A stretch of 64,000 nucleotides of DNA from Clostridia bacterium (GTDB taxonomy: Bacteria; Bacillota; Clostridia; Christensenellales; CAG-138): the NCBI GenBank assembly GCA_030526425.1, contig JAUNCT010000005.1, forward strand, positions 5,930 through 69,929, given 5' to 3'. Below are positions 57,439 to 64,000 of this stretch, one piece after another. The notes under the pieces were generated by a model. The model worked only from the letters and a program-made list of their open reading frames with translations, was not told the origin of the DNA and searched no databases. A program made the translations under genes and the position numbers. How positions within the stretch are numbered: position 1 is the first letter of the stretch; each line of letters starts with the position of its first letter.

Positions 57439-59319
57439 TTATTCGCGGTACCGCAAGGCGCGGACCGCGTTCAGCACCGCGAGGATCATGACGCCGACAT
57501 CCGCAAAGATCGCTGCCCACATGTTCGCATAACCGAACGCCGTGAGGATCAGACAGGCGAATTTGACCGCAAGGGAGAAGACGATGTTCTGCTTGACGAT
57601 GCCGATGCACTTGCGGGAGATGCGGATCGCTTTGACCAGCTGCAGCGGGTCGTCGTCCATCAGGACCACATCCGCTGCTTCGATCGCGGCATCCGAACCC
57701 ATCGCGCCCATCGCGATGCCGATATCCGCTCGGGTGAGAACGGGGGCGTCGTTGATGCCGTCGCCCGTAAAGGCGAGTTTGCCGCGCCCGTTCCGTGCCG
57801 CAAGGAGCTTTTCCACCTCGGTGACCTTATCATCGGGCAAAAGCTCGCTGCGTGCTTCGTCGAGCCCGAGCTCCGCCGCGACGGCTTCCGCGACCGTGCG
57901 CGAATCGCCGGTCAGCATCACGGTCGTTTCCACGCCGTTCCGCTTCAGGGCGGCGAGCGCTTCTTTGGCGTGCGGTTTCACAACATCGGAAATCAGGATG
58001 TGTCCCGCATATGCTCCGTCGACGGCGACATGCACGACCGTACCCGCGGAGCGGCAATCCTCGCAAGGGATGCCGAGACGCTCCATCAGCTTGCGGTTTC
58101 CCGCAGCGACGGAATGCCCGTCGACCACGGCGGTGACGCCATAGCCCGCGGTCTCTTCGATCTCCGTAACGCGGCTGCGGTCGGGCTCTTTCCCGTAGGC
58201 TGCGATGAGGCTTTTCGAAATCGGGTGCGTGCTTGCGCATTCGGCAAGTGCGGCGTATTCCGTAACGGCCTCCGGGGGAATGGTGTTGCGGTGCACCGCG
58301 ACGACCTCGAACACGCCGCGGGTCAGGGTCCCTGTTTTGTCGAACACGACCGTTTTCACATCGGCCAACGCTTCGAGAAAGTTGGAGCCCTTGATCAGCA
58401 CGCCTTCACGGCTTGCGCAGCCGATGCCCGCAAAGAAGCCGAGCGGGATGCTGATGACGAGCGCGCACGGACAGCTGACGACGAGGAAGGTCAGCGCGCG
58501 GTACAGCCATTGGGAAAGGTCGGGGGAAAGACCCGCCAATGCGCGGACTGCGGGACCGCCGAGGGCGATCGCAACGGCGGCAATGCAGACCGCGGGGGTG
58601 TAGACCCGCGCAAAGCGGGAGATGAACGCCTCGGACTTCGACTTGCGGGAACTTGCGTTTTCCACCAGATCGAGGATCTTCGATACCGTCGACTCGCCGA
58701 ACTCCTTTGTCGTGCGGATGCGGAGCACGCCGTTCAGGCTGATGCAGCCGCTGAGAACGGCATCGCCCTCTTTGACATCCCGCGGGATGCTTTCACCGGT
58801 GAGCGCGGCGGTGTTCAGGCTCGCCTTACCGCTTTCAATCACGCCGTCGATCGGGATCTTTTCCCCGGGCTGCACGGTGATGCACGTGCCGACTTCGACT
58901 TCATCCGGGTCGACGCGCTCGAGCCTGCCGTCCCGTTCAACGTTCGCGTAATCGGGGCGGATATCCATCAATGCGGAGATGCTCCTGCGGCTTTTGCCGA
59001 CCGCAACGGACTGGAACAGCTCGCCCACCTGATAGAAGAGCATGACGAAGATGCCCTCGGCGTAGTCGCCGCTCCGCTCCCAAATGGCAAGACCGAACGC
59101 GCCGATCGTCGCCACCGCCATGAGGAAGTTCTCATCGAAAGCGCGCCCGTTGACGACGCCTTTGCCCGCCTTTTTCAGGATGTCGTATCCGATGATGAGA
59201 TAGGCGGTGAGATACGCAACCAGCCGCGGGATCCCCGTGACGGGGAGAAAATGCAGCGCGGCGAGCATCGCCGACACGACGAGGATGCGCAGCAGCATCT
59301 TCCTTTGTTTGTTGTTCAT
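57439..59319 (-). CDS. cadA: Heavy-metal (Cd/Zn/Co) P1B-type ATPase
   Basis: TGES, SCPCAL, DKTGTLT, HP, GDGINDAP. Confidence 0.93.
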   Translation of the reverse strand: MNNKQRKMLLRILVVSAMLAALHFLPVTGIPRLVAYLTAYLIIGYDILKKAGKGVVNGRAFDENFLMAVATIGAFGLAIWERSGDYAEGIFVMLFYQVGELFQSVAVGKSRRSISALMDIRPDYANVERDGRLERVDPDEVEVGTCITVQPGEKIPIDGVIESGKASLNTAALTGESIPRDVKEGDAVLSGCISLNGVLRIRTTKEFGESTVSKILDLVENASSRKSKSEAFISRFARVYTPAVCIAAVAIALGGPAVRALAGLSPDLSQWLYRALTFLVVSCPCALVISIPLGFFAGIGCASREGVLIKGSNFLEALADVKTVVFDKTGTLTRGVFEVVAVHRNTIPPEAVTEYAALAECASTHPISKSLIAAYGKEPDRSRVTEIEETAGYGVTAVVDGHSVAAGNRKLMERLGIPCEDCRSAGTVVHVAVDGAYAGHILISDVVKPHAKEALAALKRNGVETTVMLTGDSRTVAEAVAAELGLDEARSELLPDDKVTEVEKLLAARNGRGKLAFTGDGINDAPVLTRADIGIAMGAMGSDAAIEAADVVLMDDDPLQLVKAIRISRKCIGIVKQNIVFSLAVKFACLILTAFGYANMWAAIFADVGVMILAVLNAVRALRYRE

Positions 59320-59361
59320 ACCGGTCCTCCGTTCCGCAGCCGGCTTGCCGCCGGCATGGGG

Positions 59362-59580
59362 TTACAGTGCGATCTCGCAATCGGGCTCGATTTTTTTGCA
59401 GGCTTTGAGGACTTCCTGCATGACGGCTTTGACGTCCGCGCCCTCTTCAAAGGTCACGCTCATTTTCTGGGTCATGAAGTTCACGACGGCGTCCGCAACG
59501 CCGGGGGTCTTTTTCGTTGCCTCTTCCATGAGGTTGGCGCAGTTGGCGCAGTCGACTTCGATTTTGTAGTTCTTTTTCAT
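59362..59580 (-). CDS. Heavy-metal-associated (HMA) domain protein
   Basis: MKKNYKIEVDCANCA...; RBS GGAGG. Confidence 0.88.
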   Translation of the reverse strand: MKKNYKIEVDCANCANLMEEATKKTPGVADAVVNFMTQKMSVTFEEGADVKAVMQEVLKACKKIEPDCEIAL

Positions 59581-59606
59581 CGGTTCTTCCTCCGTATCGG
59601 TTTCAA

Positions 59607-59626
59607 GATTAAACGGTTGTTTAATC
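59607..59626. promoter_or_regulatory. SmtB/CadC-like operator
   Basis: GATTAAAC-GGTT-GTTTAATC inverted repeat between the HMA gene and the divergent ArsR-type gene. Confidence 0.65.
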
Positions 59627-59731
59627 GTTACAAGAGCAGTATACTGAATCCGAACGGAGACGGCAACGGGGAGAAGCCCCATGTGCCGAAAACGGAAAGC
59701 GAAATTTCCGAAACGGAAAGAGGTGGAAACG

Positions 59732-60445
59732 ATGGACGCGTTCGAACTGCCGCATGCGCACGGAAAACATCTGCATACGGAGGACATCAAAAACGTTCTT
59801 GCGGATACCGAACGGTTCGGTGCCGTATCCGAGATATTCAAACAGCTGAGCGACCCCGCGCGCGTGCGCATCTTCTGGCTGCTGTGCCACCGGGAGGAAT
59901 GCGTGGTGAACATCGCCGCACTGATGGAGATGTCGAGCCCCGCAGTCTCGCACCACCTGCATTCCCTGACGGAGAGCGGGCTGATCGAAAGCCGCCGCGA
60001 GGGCAAGGAGGTGCACTACCGCGCCGCGGATACCGAGCGGATCCGGATGCTGCACGGCATCGTCGAACAGGTGATGGAGGTCGCCTGCCCCGAGCACAAG
60101 GTGGATTACGGCGCTTCGCAGGAGGAGATCGTCCGCAAGGTGCACGATCATCTGATGGAGCATCTGTCCGAGCGCATTTCGATCGACGACCTTGCGCGGA
60201 TGTTTTTGATGAACACGACGACACTGAAGACCGTGTTCAAGCGCGTTTACGGAACGACCATCGCGGCGCATATGCGGACGCACCGCCTCGAACGCGCGGC
60301 TGCGCTGCTGAAGACGACGGACCGGGAGGTCACGGAGGTCGCCAAAGCGGTCGGTTACGACAGCGCGGCGCGCTTTGCGACGGCGTTCCGGGAGAATTTC
60401 GGCGAAACGCCGAGCGAATACCGCAGACATGCACGGGGAGAGTGA
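59732..60445 (+). CDS. ArsR/SmtB + AraC HTH fusion regulator
   Basis: FKQLSDPARVRIFWLL...ECVVNIAALMEMSSPAVSHHL (ArsR); ISIDDLA...FKRVYG...GYDSAARFATAFRENFGETPSEYR (AraC). Confidence 0.85.
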   Translation: MDAFELPHAHGKHLHTEDIKNVLADTERFGAVSEIFKQLSDPARVRIFWLLCHREECVVNIAALMEMSSPAVSHHLHSLTESGLIESRREGKEVHYRAADTERIRMLHGIVEQVMEVACPEHKVDYGASQEEIVRKVHDHLMEHLSERISIDDLARMFLMNTTTLKTVFKRVYGTTIAAHMRTHRLERAAALLKTTDREVTEVAKAVGYDSAARFATAFRENFGETPSEYRRHARGE

Positions 60446-60578
60446 GGGACCGGGTACGACACGGGAACCCGCACTTTGGAAAGATATCATAAAGCAAAGC
60501 TTGCAAACACAGGCGCCGCGTCATAAGATGGACGCATGAAAACATTTCACATCCGACTCTTTTGAAAAGGAAAACACA

Positions 60579-62078
60579 ATGCAATACATCATGTCTCTCG
60601 ATCAGGGAACGACCAGTTCCCGCTGTATCCTTTTTGACAAAGCAGGCAATATTTGCGCATCGGTGCAGAAGGAATTCCGGCAGATCTATCCGAAGCCCGG
60701 CTGGGTGGAGCACGACGCCGAAGAGATCTGGGATACCACGCTCGAAGTCAGTCGCGCCGCGATGGCAAAGCTCGGCGTGACGGCGCGGGAGATCGCCGCC
60801 ATCGGCATCACGAACCAGCGCGAGACCACGGTCATTTGGGATAAGGAGACCGGTAAGCCCATCGCGAACGCCATCGTGTGGCAGTGCCGCCGCACTTCGG
60901 ATATCATCGACGGTCTGGTATCCCGGGGATACGGGGAGACCATTCGCCAAAAGACGGGCTTGCAGCCGGACGCGTACTTTTCGGGTTCGAAGATCAAGTG
61001 GCTTTTGGAAAACGTTCCCGGCGCGATGGCGCGCGCAAAGAGCGGAAAGCTCCTGTTCGGCACGATCGATACTTGGCTCATCTGGCGGCTGACCGGCGGC
61101 GAGGTCCACGTGACCGACGTGACGAACGCGAGCCGCACGATGCTGTTCAATATCCATACACTGCAGTGGGATGAAGAACTGCTGGAACTGCTCAACGTTC
61201 CCGCATGCATCCTGCCCGAGGTCAAGCCTTCGAGCTGCGTTTACGGGAAGAGCGCGTTCGAACTTTACGGCGGGGAGATCCCCATCGCGGGTGCCGCGGG
61301 CGACCAGCAGTGCGCCCTGTTCGGACAGTGCTGCTTCGAGCCCGGACAGATGAAAAACACCTACGGAACGGGTTGCTTCATGCTGATGAACACGGGCAAG
61401 GAGATCGTCGAAAGCCGCAACGGGCTCGTGACGACGATCGCCGTCGGCTTTGAGGACCACGTGGAGTATGCGCTCGAAGGGTCGATCTTCGTGGCGGGCG
61501 CCGCGGTGCAGTGGCTGCGGGACGAACTGGGCGTGTTGTCGAATGCGGCGGAAAGCATCGAGTATGCCGAAAAGGTGGCGGATACCGCGGGCGGATACGT
61601 CGTGCCCGCGTTCACGGGGCTCGGCGCGCCGTACTGGAGCCAGCATGCGCGGGGCGCGGTGGTGGGGATCACCCGCGGGTTCTCCCGCGCGCATCTCGTC
61701 CGCGCGACGCTCGAGTCGCTGGCGTATCAGACCTATGACATCGCCCGTGCGATGGAACGGGATTCGGGTATCCGCATCACGGAGCTCATGGTCGACGGCG
61801 GCGCCTGCGCGAACGACTTTCTGATGCAGTTCCAGTCGGATATCATGGAAAGCGATGTGTGCCGCCCCCGCTGTATCGAAACGACGGCCCTCGGCGCCGC
61901 GTACCTGGCGGGGCTTGCGGTGGGCTATTGGAACGGACCGGAGGATATCAAAAACAACCGCGCGGTCGACAAGGTGTTCGTCCCCGGAATGGACCGCGAA
62001 CACCGCGCAAAACTGCTGAAGGGCTGGAAACGGGCCGTCCGCTGCGCGCTTGCGTGGGCGGAAGAGGACGAAGAATAA
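60579..62078 (+). CDS. glpK: Glycerol kinase
   Basis: [39 protein letters not shown]. Confidence 0.97.
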   Translation: MQYIMSLDQGTTSSRCILFDKAGNICASVQKEFRQIYPKPGWVEHDAEEIWDTTLEVSRAAMAKLGVTAREIAAIGITNQRETTVIWDKETGKPIANAIVWQCRRTSDIIDGLVSRGYGETIRQKTGLQPDAYFSGSKIKWLLENVPGAMARAKSGKLLFGTIDTWLIWRLTGGEVHVTDVTNASRTMLFNIHTLQWDEELLELLNVPACILPEVKPSSCVYGKSAFELYGGEIPIAGAAGDQQCALFGQCCFEPGQMKNTYGTGCFMLMNTGKEIVESRNGLVTTIAVGFEDHVEYALEGSIFVAGAAVQWLRDELGVLSNAAESIEYAEKVADTAGGYVVPAFTGLGAPYWSQHARGAVVGITRGFSRAHLVRATLESLAYQTYDIARAMERDSGIRITELMVDGGACANDFLMQFQSDIMESDVCRPRCIETTALGAAYLAGLAVGYWNGPEDIKNNRAVDKVFVPGMDREHRAKLLKGWKRAVRCALAWAEEDEE

Positions 62079-62112
62079 ACGAGAGGGCGCGTTGCCCGGA
62101 AAGGAAAGCGAT

Positions 62113-62379
62113 ATGGAATTTCAGGTGGAAACGGGCCGCATTTTTGCGGCGGATGGCGAAAAGCTGCTGTGTGAGGTGACGTTCCCCGTTCGGGACGGCG
62201 TTGCGACGATCGACCATACGTTCGTGGACGATTCGCTCCGCGGACAGGGGATCGCAGGACAGCTGATGGAAGCCGCGGTGGCGGAGATCGGAAAGAACGG
62301 ATGGAAAGCGCATCCGACCTGCTCGTATGCGGTGAAGTGGTTCGAAAAGCACCCCGAAGCGGGCGGACTGCTGAAATAA
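62113..62379 (+). CDS. GNAT acetyltransferase (YjdJ-like)
   Basis: IDHTFVDDSLRGQGIA...PTCSYA. Confidence 0.88.
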   Translation: MEFQVETGRIFAADGEKLLCEVTFPVRDGVATIDHTFVDDSLRGQGIAGQLMEAAVAEIGKNGWKAHPTCSYAVKWFEKHPEAGGLLK

Positions 62380-62469
62380 AATACGGACAGACAAAAAACA
62401 AGCCCCGGGCAGGGGCTTGTTTTTTCGTGCCGGATATTTATCCCAACGGGGATAAGAACGGCGCAAGGC

Positions 62470-63069
62470 TCATCCGGAACAGACGATCCCGCTTTTGCCG
62501 ACGGACCATGCCGAGGCTTCGGCAATGGGCAACACGCCGCCGATCCAGTCCGCTTTCTGCTGCTCCGTCACGATCACGGGCATGCGTTGGTGGATGGCGC
62601 GGATCGGCTCCGGGGCTTCCATCGTGAGGATCGAAAAGTACGGGAACGGTTCGCGTTCGGAGCGGATATACAGCCCGGCAAGGAAGAACGGTTCGGCTGC
62701 CGTGAAGATGCGCCGTTCCTTTTTGCCCTCGGCGGTCTTCTCCCACTCGTAATATCCGCTGACGGGGATGAGACAGCGGCGGTCGTGCACGCTGGTGACG
62801 AACAGTGGCTTTTCTTCGGCGGTTTCCGAACGGGTGTTGAACACGAGCACGCCGGGACGGTTCGGGTGCGCGAAGCCCCAAATCATCGGGAAGGGAATGA
62901 GCTCGCGATGCAGGCGCGAGGGCGCAAGCACGGGGACAAGATCCGTCGGAAAGACGTCGCCCGAGGACTTCATCGTTCGCCCGGCTTTTTCCGCAAAGGG
63001 AACCGCCGCGCGGACGATCGCTTCGATGCGCTCGTCTTCCTTGTTCTCGATGAAGTAGCGTCCGCACAT
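62470..63069 (-). CDS. SOS response-associated peptidase (SRAP/YedK family)
   Basis: N-terminal MCGRY, NTRSET, RCLIP..GYYEW, IHQRMP; RBS AAGGAG. Confidence 0.9.
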   Translation of the reverse strand: MCGRYFIENKEDERIEAIVRAAVPFAEKAGRTMKSSGDVFPTDLVPVLAPSRLHRELIPFPMIWGFAHPNRPGVLVFNTRSETAEEKPLFVTSVHDRRCLIPVSGYYEWEKTAEGKKERRIFTAAEPFFLAGLYIRSEREPFPYFSILTMEAPEPIRAIHQRMPVIVTEQQKADWIGGVLPIAEASAWSVGKSGIVCSG

Positions 63070-63167
63070 AGCGCAGGCTCCTTTCCGTGCTTTTTTTTCA
63101 TTATACCGCGGATAACGTTCTTGGGGGAAAGAAAAAGACCGCACCCGAACGGGACGCGGTCCTTGCT

Positions 63168-63683
63168 TTAATTGGTTTTTGTGTGTTTGCCGATGCGGTC
63201 GATGACGATGAAGGCGATGACACTGCCGAGCAGTGCCGTGATCAGCTGCGTGACGGAGAACGTCGTGCGGACGGTCGCGACCATCTTTGCGGGAAGACCC
63301 GCACCGAACAACGGCAGCACGACATACCAGACCGTCAGCCACAGGAAGCAGGCTTTCACGACGCTGCCGAGCGCGAGACCGCCGATGGGGTTCTTTTTCC
63401 AAAGGAGCCATGGCACGAAGACGATCGCGAGGTTTCCGAGCATGATGACGGGAAGCATCCAGGGGATCATGTTGATCACGGGCGTCGCGCCGAGCAGCCA
63501 TGCGAACAGGGGGCTGCACAGGGCGATCAGGGCGCCGCTCGCCGGACCGACGAGGATCGTCGCGATGATGAGGATGGCATTGACCATCGGACCCGTCAGA
63601 AAGACGGAAATGCTTTTCAGCAGCTGGAACAACAGGCAGAGCGCCAGCAACACGCCGGTTGCGGCAAGTTTCTTCACGCTCAT
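63168..63683 (-). CDS. ECF transporter S component
   Basis: About 6-TM protein; TGPMVNA...P..A...GN...QLITA pattern. Confidence 0.75.
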   Translation of the reverse strand: MSVKKLAATGVLLALCLLFQLLKSISVFLTGPMVNAILIIATILVGPASGALIALCSPLFAWLLGATPVINMIPWMLPVIMLGNLAIVFVPWLLWKKNPIGGLALGSVVKACFLWLTVWYVVLPLFGAGLPAKMVATVRTTFSVTQLITALLGSVIAFIVIDRIGKHTKTN

Positions 63684-64000
63684 GCTTCGGGTGCCTCCGC
63701 GGGTTCGGGCTTCTTCTTTTTCTTACGCGTGCTGGCCTCGTAGAAGGTGTCGTGCTCCCAGGCCTCGGCGTTTTCGGAGAAGTCCGCGTTCAGCAGCTGC
63801 GTGCGTTCCTCGAGGTTTTCGAGCATGAACAGATAGCGGCTTTCGATGGGGGTGCGGTCCTGCTTCGCCGCGACGTTCTTCATCAAAAGCTTTTCCGTCG
63901 CTTCGGGCGCTTTGATCGTGCCGGCGCCGCCGACGCAGCCGCCGGGGCAGCCCATGCCCTCGAGCAGGTAACCGTTGTACTTGCCTGCCTTCGCGAGGGC
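63680..64000 (-). CDS. [FeFe]-hydrogenase, C-terminal part (partial)
   Basis: GYLLEGMGCPGGCVGGAG H-cluster L3 motif; gene begins beyond the window. Confidence 0.82.
   Translation of the reverse strand, partial: ALAKAGKYNGYLLEGMGCPGGCVGGAGTIKAPEATEKLLMKNVAAKQDRTPIESRYLFMLENLEERTQLLNADFSENAEAWEHDTFYEASTRKKKKKPEPAEAPEA

Noticed and set aside
57301-60492. 1063-aa plus-strand ORF (likewise 29907-32441, 25791-27581 and other long overlapping ORFs)
   Set aside because: Stop-poor antisense or alternate frames expected at high GC3. They have no motifs and overlap well-supported genes.

Overview
A GC-rich (about 60% by eye) chromosomal window from a Clostridia-type anaerobe. The lineage is inferred from gene content: DUF1292, DegV/DUF1836, a CIRCE box, ECF S components and an [FeFe]-hydrogenase. 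About 60 CDS are supported, plus three tRNAs (Val-CAC, Val-GAC, Gln-CTG), a probable 6S RNA, an FMN riboswitch and a CIRCE element. Nothing was database-searched; all calls come from motif recognition. (1) The first 25 kb are unusually dense in cell-envelope GlcNAc enzymes: four phosphodiester-glycosidase (NAGPA) domains, two of them fused to PIG-L-type deacetylase domains (one intact, one degenerate), three related LRR surface proteins, a membrane-anchored GH3 NagZ, a GT2-GtrA fusion, an LCP ligase and a large Ig-repeat surface protein. Together they suggest an attach/uncover/de-N-acetylate system for a wall polymer. (2) A lower-GC islet follows a GATase-less guaA. It carries an Xre regulator, a serine recombinase with three palindromic sites, an SPFH-Zn-ribbon protein, a membrane protein, a Zn-finger/TPR/CFI-box protein and a nonsense-interrupted HEPN-like gene. 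(3) A promoter, structured leader and terminator precede mntP without matching the canonical yybP-ykoY motif, making this a candidate new riboswitch. (4) An anti-RBS-rich sRNA candidate lies after rluA. (5) There are odd fusions (ArsR-AraC; FUSC with a degenerate HAD domain). No CRISPR array, IS transposase or prophage was seen.
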